Below, piece by piece: positions 1 to 11,688 of a DNA stretch of 58,659 nt. The position numbers and the translations under genes are program-made. The stretch is from the NCBI GenBank assembly GCA_000388065.2, contig KB932208.1; one strand, given 5' to 3'. Position 1 is the stretch's first letter, and each line of letters opens with the position of its first letter. The notes under the pieces were generated by a model that was not told the DNA's origin, did no database searches, and saw only the letters and a list, made by a program, of their open reading frames with translations. The DNA comes from Fonticula alba ATCC 38817. Taxonomy: Eukaryota > Protista > Nucleariida.

Positions 1-1162
1 GGGGGGGGGTTATCGATCACACACTGGCGTCGAGAGGCGGCTCGAGATGGGGGGGGGGGAGATCAGACGAGTGGTTCACGCTGGACAATGGCCCTGGGAA
101 GACGGCCCTCAGGATGCCGGGACGCATTGCAGGCCGCTTTTTTATGGATTGCGACTGTGGTGTCCTGGGTGACCCGGCAAATGGGCCCCTGAACTTGAGG
201 CCTCGGCAGTGGGGGGGAGGGGCGGCGAAATGGACCCTTTGTCAACTTGGCCATTGCTCGGGCGGCTAGTGGGCGAAAGGATGACATGGGCACACTCAAT
301 GTGTCACTTTCCTCGAGCAGGCGCTGGCCGGGCCTCGGCCATGCCTCATCTTCCCAAGCTCTTTCAGGAGAGGCCAAGGAGGTGGCATTCCCGGAACAGG
401 CTTTGTTCCCGAGAGCAGATGGCCAGCTTGCCGGCTCCATGGGTCACACAACATGGAACATGAACATGGGGAAGATGCTATGCCGCGAAATCCAGTGCCT
501 TTTGCTGTCAGCCGGCCGGCGATTAGAAAGCGGGACTGGGACGAGCTGCAGGCAGGCGTGGCAACCAGCTCCTGCTGGCTGGACAGGCAATGTTGACCCA
601 TTTGGCTGTGAGGTGGTGGCAGTGTGGATAGTCGCCCGGCAGGCCGATCATCCTTGACCAGCAGCCCGCCCCGCTCGGCTATTGAACCGCACACGCAGCT
701 ACATTCCCTCCAGTCATTGACCCGCGGCCCTTGGCTGGGGAGGCGCGCCGGACAGGCACCTGCTCCGGGTCCGCGCTGGATGCTCAGTCCATCGACAGGG
801 CACCGACTGCACGTGCCGAGACATGATGCCTCTGGGGCCTTCTCGCGAGCCGCTTCGGCGCAAGAGCCTCCGATCGCGGCTCAGGCTTGTCGGGCCCTCA
901 TGCCAATGAGTGCATCTTTTTGTTGGGTGTCATGCTCATAGGTGGCGATGAGTGGGAAAATCCGTGGCCCTCACTTCATCCGCCCCACAATGCGATGAGG
1001 GTGTCTTTCTCTCGCACAAACATGCAAACACAATCGACAGCATGAGGACAAGTGCAGGCCACCCTGAGTCGGTGGGACGATGTGCGAGCACAAGGCGAAC
1101 AGCATGTGTATTAAATGGCGCAAGCGAGGCGGGGAAATAGGAACCAGTGGAGGGCGGCAAAG

Positions 1163-1292
1163 GAGAGAGAGAGAGAGGGGGGGGGGAGAGAGTGAGAGAG
1201 AGTGAGAGAGAGAGAGAGAGGCAGAGAGAGAGAGAGAGAGGCAGAGAGAGAGAGAGAGTGAGAGAGAGAGGCAGAGAGAGGCAGAGAGAGAG
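1163..1292. repeat. Compound (GA)n microsatellite with G-run and GGCA/GT interruptions
   Basis: Read directly from the sequence; it generates the low-complexity SLSL/ERER ORFs in the track. Confidence 0.95.
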
Positions 1293-2217
1293 GGAGACCA
1301 CGAAAACGTTGGCAGCCCTGGAGAGAGACACCTTCTGATATGCTTCAGGGCACATGCGCTGCGAAATGCGTCACGTTCAACATTCATACACCTGATCTAT
1401 ACATCGTGCTTGATCGCGCTCCATGGATGTACCCTTTTTCGAGGCCATTCGCCCCGGGGCACGGAGACACGCAGGCGCCGGTCCCTTCGGATGGTTCACG
1501 GGGCCCGTGCTTTTGAGGATTACATCTGCTCTCACCCCGCTTCGAAGGCCCGGGCATCCGGTGCTCACAAGGGGATGTCTCATTTATCGATAGAGTCGAA
1601 ATTCGAGAAAGGCGGCCACTTTCACCCGGGTCTCCCTTGGCCTGAAATGGCCCCCCGGCGGGGGTATATCTTCGGATTATTAAATGTGAGCTGCTCGAGA
1701 TCAAATGACCGAAGATGAGGCGGACACCATACACATCGGTCGTCGGGCAAACCTCCCACTACCCGGGGTCATGGCGGATCCTTTAGGGACGTTTCATGGT
1801 GAGAAAAAGGGCCCCTCAAGTGTACGGCCTCCGGGGATGGGGCTCCAAAGGCGGATGTCTCCCGCTGTGAAGGTCGACGGCGTCGCGTGGTGTTCCTCTC
1901 CCTCATGTTTGCCATACACAGCCGGCCCCTGTGGTCCCTGCCCGATGTCCCCCGCGGTAAAGCCACGCGGCTGTGTGGCTACCACGCGAGTGCCTTTGGC
2001 GATGGTGTCGGCATCTTGTTCTGGTAAAGCCCCCCCCCCCCCCCGCTGGTGGGCCGTCCTCCTCCCCACGGGAAGGCATTCAAGAGAGGCCCCCCAGGGT
2101 CCCCGAGGCCGCGATATCCTCCGCAATTGCGCCTCCCTCTGGCCCCCTCCTTGCCTTGCCCTCCCCTCGCGCCTGCTGCTTCCCATCGCCTGCCCCCGGG
2201 GCCCGCTCCTTTCGCCG

Positions 2218-5200
2218 ATGGCACCGCGCCTGGCCCTCTGGCTGGTCGCCTGTTTGGGCGTCTGTGCTGGCAGGCTTGCGGCCGTTGGGGCCGCTCCTGC
2301 CCCTCACGCGACCCAGGAGCCGGAGATTGTGACCTTGCCGCAGAGCATCACCCTCTATTATCATCAGCTTGCCAGCTCATGGGCCCCACGGCCGGATACC
2401 ATCCTCGGCAATGCCCCGGTGTTCCATGGGAGCGAAGGAACATCGCTTGCTCGCGTGGATCCGGCGAACGCCTCAGTGATGGTGGTTCACCAGCGGGAGA
2501 TGGATCTCTCCGACCATTCTGACCATCGGTTGGGTGGAAGTTTCGGCCTGGTGACCCCCCTGCGGTTCGGGCCGGTTGCCACTTTCAATCCGCTGACCAC
2601 CCGGCCGGTGGTTTCGCCCAGTCGCGATGGCCCGATGTTGCTCTTTTTCATGGAGAACTCCATTCAAGCCTTGATCGAAGGCACCTGGCAGGGCCATAGC
2701 TTGAGCCCCTCGCAGTCCATCTTGGCATGGCATTCCTTGGGCTCGAAGTTCCTGCAGGTGTTGCTGTTCGACTCGTCCAGCGACCATCTCCTGGTTCTGG
2801 CCCTCTCGCATGGACAGTCACCTGCTGTCTTGCCGGCGATGGGCCTTTCGCCCGGGGTCGCCAGGGAGCGTCTGCATGCGGTTTCCGGTGTTGGCCCATC
2901 GTTTGTCTTTTGGTTTGACGATATCTTCGGTGTGGTGGCCCTCCCATGGGGAGGCGCGGTGATTTTGGGAAGCAGCGACACCCCCCCGGGGGGGACTATC
3001 GTGGATCTTGCCGCCTCGACCATCCTGAACTCCGACCAAGGCGACATTGCCCTCCTGCATCAGGACCGGGTGTCAGTCTGCTTGAATCACACACCCCTTG
3101 CCGAGTGTGAGACGTGGTTCCATGTGGCCCGTCCCCCGGGGCTGATGCCTGGCTCGGCGGCTCGCTTGTACCTGCCTGCTCCGGGGTCCCTGCATGAGCC
3201 CGTCAAATCGATCCTCTTCCAGGACACCGGTACCGGGCAGCTGTGGTGGCTGCACTTTGATACCCTCCGGCGATCGCCCTCCAGCTGGCAGCGGCTTCTC
3301 CTTCCAAATGGCCTCGCCCTGTCGGAAATAGTGGCCTTGCGCCCGGTACGCCTGGCCATCCGGCCTGGCTTCTCGACCTGGGGTGTTGGCAATGCGGTCG
3401 ATGCGTTTGTCGCCTCCGGCGACTTCCTGTGTATCGAGGATTCCAGTATCCTGTGCGGCCGGCCGAGCGAGCCTCGGGGCTATGCATGTGCCCCTGGCTG
3501 GGCTCCTTCGCATGGGCTCTTCCCCGGGCAGCTGTGCGGTGCTTGTCTCTCGGGCCACCGTCGAATCGGCCAGTATGGCGCCCCGGGTGCGCGCTGTCTT
3601 GGTGACACGATGTTCCCATGCGCTGGGAGGGGGTTGTGGGGGGGGGATACCTTGTCTCTGCCGTCCCAATGTGCTGTTGTCCCTGTTCCACGATGTGTCG
3701 GGTGAAGGGTCATGCTTCATGGCACCTCCTGGCCGAATGCCTTTCTTTCCCCTTGCTAACGCCCCATGCGGGCCCGCTCTTCGGCCGGCTGCTGTCCCCC
3801 TTGTCCCATGTTCTCCCCCTTGCCCGGCCTATGGCTCGCTGGCTCAGCCTCGTGCAGCCCCTGTGCCGGCCCGCATTGTCGCCAGTGTCTCGACCACCAA
3901 GGCTGTGTTCTATGTGAGGAGGGTTTTGTGCTTTTCCTCGACCCCAGCACCAGGGTGAGCACCTGTTTGGATTCCTGCCCGGCGGGCTATTCCTCCATGG
4001 CCTCGGGCGGTTGGCGCTGCCTCCCGACCGATCGAGCCATTCCTCCCCCGGGCATCCGGCCGCAGACCATTGTCTTGTCGGACTTCCCCGCTTCCCCGGT
4101 GGAATTCTTTGTCCCGAGTTTGCTTTGCTCTGTCAACGGTGTGATGCACTTGCTGCCGGAAAACCGCAGCCCCTCGCTGCTGGAGCAAAATCTCCTCGCC
4201 TTCCGGTCGACCAGCCAAAGTGCCCCCCTGTGGATTCGGGTTGCCCATGACGGGAGCCTCACATCCTCGACCATGGATGGGTGGCCCTTTTCCCAGGCGG
4301 GACCCGGGACATCCCCTCCGGCGGCGCAGTCCTATGTGGAGGTGGTCCTGGCATCCCAGGGCTCGGGGCCGCGGATTCTCAGTGTCTTGTGCGACCGGAC
4401 CGGCAACCTGCGCGTGGCCCGGATGGAATGCCGCCATCGGCCCCCGACCGAGGATGATCCTTGCGAAGTGGCATACTTCTGGGAATTCGACAGGCAAGTG
4501 GGCTGCCTCTCGGTGGGCCTGCTCGGGAAGGATATCGTGTCGATTGTGATGACGTCCGATGTGAAACCCACCCACATCATGCCGGTCAGTTCGACTGGCT
4601 CGGCCCTCGACCTCTGGCCATTGTCCGGGATGCATGGGCATCCAGTCGAGTTTCCGGTCGGGTGGTTTCCGAGAGACTCGCCCCTCGGCGACTGGGCCTT
4701 TGCCATGCCGAAGCCCGGGACCCAGGCGCGCGTGCTGCCGGCGGCCATGCTCCGGAAGATGGACAGTCGTGTGGCCGGATTCCCCGGGGCCACCTTGCAT
4801 CCTCCTCCCTCGGGCTACGAGCCCATACTCCTGGCGACCGGCCTTCGACGGTCGGACGGATTGGGGGAATTTTTCCTGGCGGGTCTGGCCCAATCCGGCG
4901 ACGGCCCCATGCTTTGGGAGGTGTGGCACTTCCCGGCTCCCGGGCGCGACACCGGGCTCATTGTGAGCATGCCTCACCGGCGCGAGATCCTCGGGCAGCT
5001 GCCCAGTGGCTTTTCCCAGCCCGGCGACAATCCCCAAGGGCGCTTCTTCTCGCTGGCCCTGGCCCCGGAGTCGGAATACCCGGCTGCCATGTTGCTTGTC
5101 ACTCGACGCATGGTTGGCTGGGCCCGTCTCTACTGCCCGATGGGGCCCGGCGAGCGGGTCCATTGTTGGCTCGAGCCGGCCTCCTTCGCGATGTTGGATC

Positions 5201-8200
5201 GGGACATCAACGCCCTGCCCATGGTGAATGTGCTCCCGCTGCCGGCCGGGGTGGCGGAAGCCCAGCTGGGGCCGTCGCCCTCCCGGGCGGTCTTCATGGC
5301 CGATGGCTCGGCGAATATTCGCGTCTTGCTGCTGGACGATGGGGCCCCATGTGTCGCTGGCACTGAGGGTCCCCTGTGCCAGCCCTGTGATTCGCTGTGC
5401 CTTGCATGCTCGGCCTCGGGCCCGGAGGCGTGCACGGCTTGTCGCCTGTCGCCTTTCGATCGGCCCGGCGTGTGTGTGGATGCCTGTCCCGAGGGCCTCA
5501 TCGAGTCGGGCAACGTGTGTGTCTGCGCCGGCGGGTGCGTGGATTGCGCGTCGCTTGGACACCCGCACGAGGAATATCACTGCCGGGCATGCCCGCCGCG
5601 GATGGCGCCCCTTGGGGGCACTTGTCAACCGTGCCATTCCTCATGCACGATATGCACGGCCCCCGGCAATCCGAGCGCGTGTGTTTTCTGCTCGGTCGGG
5701 AGTTTCGGCACGCTCGATGGTCGGTGTCTGGCGAGCTGCCCGGAAGGCACCTGGGCCGATATACCCAATGCCGCGTGCTGGCCATGTCCCACCGGCTGCA
5801 CACAGTGTGTCTCGGGAAGCCAGTGCACCGTGTGCTCCGATCGGCGCTTCCTTGCTCCTGGAGGCCAGTGCGAGCGCTGTGAAGACTCATGCGCCTCGTG
5901 TGAGAATGCGGCCAGCTGCACCGACTGCCAGCCGGGATTGGTCTTCCTCGATACCAATCCCATGGTGGCCTCCCTTTGTGGGAGCACCTGCGCACCGGGC
6001 GAGTATGTCGGCACGGAGCGATGCATGGCCTGCGGGCCGACGTGTGCCCTGTGCGCCGGGGCCGGCGATGCGTGTGCGGTGTGCGCGGCCGGACACCGGT
6101 GGTCGGGTGCCCCGCCGGCCGCCGGCGCCACCGGCGCCTGCGTGCCCTGTCCGGATGGGTGCGATTCGTGCACGGCCTCCCGGTGCCTGGCCTGTGAGCA
6201 GGGGCTCTTCCTGGACCGGCATGAGGGTTGCGTCCAAGCATGCCCCCTGGGCACCTACAACGACGGCCCCACAGGGACCTGCCAGCCGTGCGACGTGTCG
6301 TGTGCGGCCTGCGCCGGGGGCCTGGCCGGCGAGTGCACGGGCTGCGCCGCCGGGCTGGAGCTCGTTGCCACCGAGCCGGGGCTGGGCACGTGCGAGTCCG
6401 GCNNNNNNNNNNNNNNNNNNNNNNNNNNNNNNNNNNNNNNNNNNNNNNNNNNNNNNNNNNNNNNNNNNNNNNNNNNNNNNNNNNNNNNNNNNNNNNNNNN
6501 NNNNNNNNNNNNNNNNNNNNNNNNNNNNNNNNNNNNNNNNNNNNNNNNNNNNNNNNNNNNNNNNNNNAATTCCTGCCCACTTGGCACATCGGTCCAGGGC
6601 GGCTTGTGTTCCACATGCCATGGGTCGTGCCTTTCCTGCTACGGGCCTGCTGCCAACCACTGCCTCTCCTGTCGGTCGGGGGCTCCCCTGCTTCTGGAGG
6701 GTGCCTGTTTGTCTTCGTGCCCGGAGGGGACGACCGAGGAGGGCGGCTCGTGCGTCCCCTGCCCGGTGGGCTGCTCGGCATGCACGGACCCGGCTACCGG
6801 ACAGTGCTCTGTTTGCCGGGCATCATGGGTGCTGCTTGCTGGCACCTGCGTCGAAAGCTGCCCCCCGGGACAGTATGCGGCCGATGCCGAGCTCGGGGGC
6901 CAGGTGTGCCGGGCGTGCGACGGCACATGCCTCGAGTGCTCCGGGCCCGGCCCGGCCAAGTGCTCGGCGTGCCCGCCGGGGCTGATGCTCCATGAGGGCC
7001 GGTGCGTGGGGTCTTGCCCGGTGGGCATGTTCGAATGCCTGCTGGCCGGGCGGTGCGAGGCCTGCCCGGCCGGGTGCACGGCATGCACCGTGGCCGAGGA
7101 GAGCCCGGTGGGATGCGCGGCCGCCTGCTCGGCCTGCCAGGGGGGCCTCTTCCTGTCCTTTGCCACGGGCGAGTGCCTGCCTGGCTGTCCACCCGGGGAA
7201 TATGCCTTGGCCGGGGCATTCTCTTGCGCCCGGTGCCATGCCAGCTGTCGGAGCTGCTTCGAGAGGGAGCAATTCTGCACGAGCTGCCCCTCGGACGAGG
7301 CGTGGCTCGACTACGAGGCCGGCGTGTGTCTGAGTGCGTGTCCGGAAAGGCCCGTGGCGGAGGTGGAATTCCCGAATGCGCTGCCGCCGGCCCCGAAGCG
7401 CGCATGCCTGCCCTGTCCGGATGGATGCGATCGCTGCCGGCCCCGGTCGCCTGTGCCGGAGTGTGTGTTCGATGCGACCGGCGGCCTCGGCTGTCCGGCG
7501 ATGGCATCGTGCGACCTCTGTGCCACGGGGCTGCTGCTTCTGCAGGGCTCGGCATGTGTGAGCGTGTGTCCGGAGGGCTTTTTCGCCGACGTCGCCGAGG
7601 TCCCGCCGACTTGCTCGCCGTGTCACAGGAAGTGCTCCAGTTGCGTGGGCCCCGAGGCGGAAGACTGCACGGACCGGTCCCCGGGATCCCGTCGTCTCGG
7701 TGCGCACTGTGCCCTCCTCTTGGGGTTTTTCCTTTTTGCCCCCCGCCAGCCACTCACGTCCTCCCCCTCCTCCGCCACCTGTGCCCCTTCCTCCCCTGCC
7801 ACATCCCTGTGCTGTGCGCATGTGCATGGTGCGCACGGTTCCCGGTGACTGACTTCGCGGTGCTGGGGCTAGCTCTCGGCTTGGGCATCGGCCTCGGTGT
7901 GTTGCTTGTCCTGCTGCTGCTTTTGGTGGTGCTCTTCCTCCTGTGGCGCGTTCGCCAGCAACGCAGCGCCCTCAACAAGGTGTGCCCCTCGGCCGCGTCA
8001 TGGCTTCATGTGTATTCCACGTCCGGCGAATGGCCGTGTCTGACCACTTCCTCCATGTGCATATGGCACTGTAGCCCCCTGCTGGGGATGATGAAAGTAC
8101 GTGGGAGAGCGCTTGTCGCTGGAAGCCGCCCCGGGGCTGCGCCGGTGGGGAATGACTAACCGGCTGTATGGGCAGATGCCACGGTACTCAATACGATGGT

Positions 8201-9435
8201 GGAGTTGTCGCTGCCCGGGAGCATTCTGGTGGACATTGGCCAGAATTTTGCGCCCCTGGCCGGGGATGGCCTCGGCGCCGGGACCCAAGCGCGTGTGTTT
8301 GCCGCGCGCGCTGTCGGTGCCGGGACCTCCGACCGGCTGGGCTGTCCGGCGGTGGTTGCCATCAAGCAGCTGAAAACCGACCGACTGACGGCGTCGCAGG
8401 GGCTGCTCTTCCAGAATGAGGTGGCGCTGATGTGGCTGCTCCGGGACCATGGGAACATCGTCCGGCTGTATGGCTACAGCGAGACCCCGCCGGCCATCAT
8501 CATGGATCGCTTCGACACGGATCTCGGGCTGCTGCTTCACTCGGAGGCGGTCATCGAGGATGCCGTCCTCCTGGATATCATTCAACAATGGGGTGCGCTT
8601 GGGCGTGGGGCTCCTCCGGGTCGTGGCCGTGGCGGCAGTCCGACGGGCCAGGGGTGGGCGGGGGGCGTTTATGGATCTTCGCTTGGCTGCTCATCGGTCC
8701 AAGCCGGGGACTGATGGGTCTTTCTTCTTCTTTTTTTTTTCCTTTCCTTCACCAGCCACCGGCCTGGAGGCGATGCATACGCAGGGCGTGGCCCATCGAG
8801 ATCTGAAGCCGGGCAATGTGCTTGTCAGCCAGCGCCCCGGCGGCCGGTGGCATGCGGCCCTCGGCGATCTGGGCGCCAGTCGGAATCTCAATACCGACCG
8901 GTCCTCGGCCCTGGTCACCGATGCCCCTGCGCTGAATGCCCTCACGGCTCGGTACGCGGCGCCGGAGGTTTTGACCGCCGTCCAGCGGCGCCGAGGCCTG
9001 GAAATGGAGCTCCTCCTGCCGGCGGACATCTTCAGCGCGGCCATCATGCTTTGGGAGTGCCTCACTCGGACAACTCCCTGGGCCGGTGCGTGTGGGGGCT
9101 TTCCTTCTTTCCTCCGCATCTCCCCCGCTGTGTTCGCATTTCGGCCTCTCTCTCTCTCTCTCGTCGGGCTCCCTGCCGGCGGGGGATGGCCGAGCAGGGT
9201 GGGCGCCCTCGCCCTGGCACAAGACTGACCCCCTCGCGTGACAGGGAAAACCTTTGAAGAGATCACCGCCGATGTGTTGTTCGGGCACCGGCCGGACCTG
9301 GGCGCCCTCCGGACCGAATCGAACACCCCGCAGGTGGATCTCCTCCAGATGGCCTGGGATGCCAATCCCCATGTGCGGCCGGTGGCCGCCTCCTTCCGGC
9401 AAAAGTGCGCCATGCAGGCGGCCCTTCATCGCTGA
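2218..9435 (+). CDS. Receptor-like TKL-type Ser/Thr kinase with furin-like Cys-rich stalk (RD type), ~2095 aa, 7 exons
   Basis: Exons 2218-3586, 3848-7699, 7873-7979, 8075-8096, 8176-8592, 8756-9085, 9245-9435 sum to 6288 nt, in frame, all GT-AG. Signal peptide MAPRLALWLVACLGVCAG; CxxCHxxCxxC / CPxGxY repeats from ~5350-7680; TM LGLGIGLGVLLVLLLLLVVLFLLW. Kinase motifs GAGTQA, VAIK, FQNE, HRDLKPGN, DLG, YAAPE, DIFS. An N-gap lies inside exon 2. Confidence 0.9.
6403..6567. other. Assembly gap (165 N) inside the furin-repeat exon
   Basis: N run; the reading frame is preserved across it. Confidence 0.99.
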
Positions 9436-9623
9436 GGGGTATTCCCAGAGAGGGGGGGGGGCGGGGAGGTGGAGCGTGATGGCAACGACGTGCATCGGCG
9501 CGGTCGGTGTGGCCGACGAATGCACCCCAGCCGTTCCCGCGAAACCCCCATCTGGTGCAAGTGTTTGGTGCTTGGCCCTGGCCGGGGGGAGAGGAGCCCC
9601 TCGCGGCCGGGGGGGGGGGGGGG

Positions 9624-10408
9624 NNNNNNNNNNNNNNNNNNNNNNNNNNNNNNNNNNNNNNNNNNNNNNNNNNNNNNNNNNNNNNNNNNNNNNNNNNNNN
9701 NNNNNNNNNNNNNNNNNNNNNNNNNNNNNNNNNNNNNNNNNNNNNNNNNNNNNNNNNNNNNNNNNNNNNNNNNNNNNNNNNNNNNNNNNNNNNNNNNNNN
9801 NNNNNNNNNNNNNNNNNNNNNNNNNNNNNNNNNNNNNNNNNNNNNNNNNNNNNNNNNNNNNNNNNNNNNNNNNNNNNNNNNNNNNNNNNNNNNNNNNNNN
9901 NNNNNNNNNNNNNNNNNNNNNNNNNNNNNNNNNNNNNNNNNNNNNNNNNNNNNNNNNNNNNNNNNNNNNNNNNNNNNNNNNNNNNNNNNNNNNNNNNNNN
10001 NNNNNNNNNNNNNNNNNNNNNNNNNNNNNNNNNNNNNNNNNNNNNNNNNNNNNNNNNNNNNNNNNNNNNNNNNNNNNNNNNNNNNNNNNNNNNNNNNNNN
10101 NNNNNNNNNNNNNNNNNNNNNNNNNNNNNNNNNNNNNNNNNNNNNNNNNNNNNNNNNNNNNNNNNNNNNNNNNNNNNNNNNNNNNNNNNNNNNNNNNNNN
10201 NNNNNNNNNNNNNNNNNNNNNNNNNNNNNNNNNNNNNNNNNNNNNNNNNNNNNNNNNNNNNNNNNNNNNNNNNNNNNNNNNNNNNNNNNNNNNNNNNNNN
10301 NNNNNNNNNNNNNNNNNNNNNNNNNNNNNNNNNNNNNNNNNNNNNNNNNNNNNNNNNNNNNNNNNNNNNNNNNNNNNNNNNNNNNNNNNNNNNNNNNNNN
10401 NNNNNNNN
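9624..10408. other. Assembly gap (785 N) starting after a poly-G run
   Basis: N run. Confidence 0.99.
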
Positions 10409-10659
10409 GGGCGGGTCGAGCGGCTCGCGTGCCTAACTATGCCTTTTGGGCTTGCGGCGTGGAGGGCCAGTCTCAACCAGCGCGGGGGCAAGACAATTCT
10501 CCCTCCCCGTATCCGCCGCCACTTCACTTCCTCCGGTGGATTTGGCTTTCGGCCTTCCGCTCGCCCGAACCACTCTTCTTGCTCGCTCGCGCCGGCCAAG
10601 CTCTTGGCCTCTTCCTCCTTTTGCGGTTCTCCCTTTTGGCCGTCGCCCGCCCCGGATCG

Positions 10660-11688
10660 ATGCGCTGCTTCACGGCACCCCCCCGCCGGGCTTTGGTCTT
10701 GGCCCTATTCCTGGCACTGGCCATGCTGGGAAGCTCCCTGGCCCTGCCGGCGCCGGCCGACCAGCCGGCCTGCGGCGCCGGGCAATACGCCTCCCCGGGC
10801 AGCCCGCCGGTCTGTGCACCCTGCCATGCCTCCTGTCGGAGTTGCTTCGACCGCGAGGACTTCTGCACCTCCTGCCCGATGGATGGGGCGTGGCTGCTGC
10901 CGGGGACTGGTGTGTGTGTTTCCGCCTGCCCGGCGGGCCAGTTCATCGGCGTGGCCTTCCCCGGGGCGGTGGCCCCGGCCCCGGGGCAAGTTTGCCTCAC
11001 CTGCCCTGATGGCTGTGAGGCGTGCTCGAGCCCGGGCGATGCGCCCGCTTGTGTTCTCACACCGGACGGGTCTCTGGACTGTCCGGCGGTGGCGCGGTGC
11101 GACCGCTGCGCCGAGGGGCTGCTGCTGCTGGATGGCACGACGTGCGTGGCAAGCTGCCCGGAGTCCGGGTACCTGACCGACTCCGAGGGCAAGTTTGCTC
11201 GGGTCCCGGCGTGTGTGGCGTGTGCGCCCCAGTGCACTGCGTGCAATGGGCCCGGGGCCGAGCAGTGCACCGCCGGCCCGGAGGCCCGGCGAAACCACGC
11301 CCTCGGTACGCATGCTGGCCCTGGCTGTGCCTGGCCCGGGCTCCTCCCTTTCCCTGGCTCTTCTCCTTCGTCGCACGATCGCTCCGTTCGGGCCGCTGCC
11401 TGCCTGCCTGCCTGCCTGTCGACTGACCGCTCGTTCCTTCTTTCTTTCTTTTTTTTTCTTCCCGGCGGGCCAGTCATCGGCTTGAGTGTCATCATTGGGC
11501 TGGTGGTGCTGGCCATCCTGATCATCGGCCTGACGCTGGCGATCCTGCGCCGTGCGAATCGCCTTCGGCGGAAGGACCGCCCGGCCCCCTCGCCGCCCTC
11601 GTCCCCCTCGATGACCACGGATACCGGCCGGTCCCGGCGTGCCGGGCCGTCGGAGAGCTCCATCCCGATGGATACCCTGCGCCGCTGA
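10660..11688 (+). CDS. Kinase-less single-pass receptor-like protein with ~4 furin-like repeats, ~286 aa, 2 exons
   Basis: Exons 10660-11305 and 11474-11688 (861 nt, phase-1 GTACGC..CAG intron). Signal peptide (ALVLALFLALAMLGSSLA), CHASCRSCFDREDFCTSCP repeats, TM VIGLSVIIGLVVLAILIIGLTLAIL, then a ~45-aa basic and Ser/Pro-rich tail. Confidence 0.85.
   Translation: MRCFTAPPRRALVLALFLALAMLGSSLALPAPADQPACGAGQYASPGSPPVCAPCHASCRSCFDREDFCTSCPMDGAWLLPGTGVCVSACPAGQFIGVAFPGAVAPAPGQVCLTCPDGCEACSSPGDAPACVLTPDGSLDCPAVARCDRCAEGLLLLDGTTCVASCPESGYLTDSEGKFARVPACVACAPQCTACNGPGAEQCTAGPEARRNHALGTHAGPGCAWPGLLPFPGSSPSSHDRSVRAAACLPACLSTDRSFLLSFFFFLPGGPVIGLSVIIGLVVLAILIIGLTLAILRRANRLRRKDRPAPSPPSSPSMTTDTGRSRRAGPSESSIPMDTLRR

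Noticed and set aside
1705-2217. 171-codon in-frame N-terminal extension of the first kinase
   Set aside because: The signal peptide begins at ATG 2218, as in the paralogues; the extension is low-complexity open frame expected in GC-rich DNA.
8756-9085. Receptor tyrosine kinase assignment
   Set aside because: The catalytic loop is DLKPxN (Ser/Thr, TKL-like), not DLAARN or DLRAAN.
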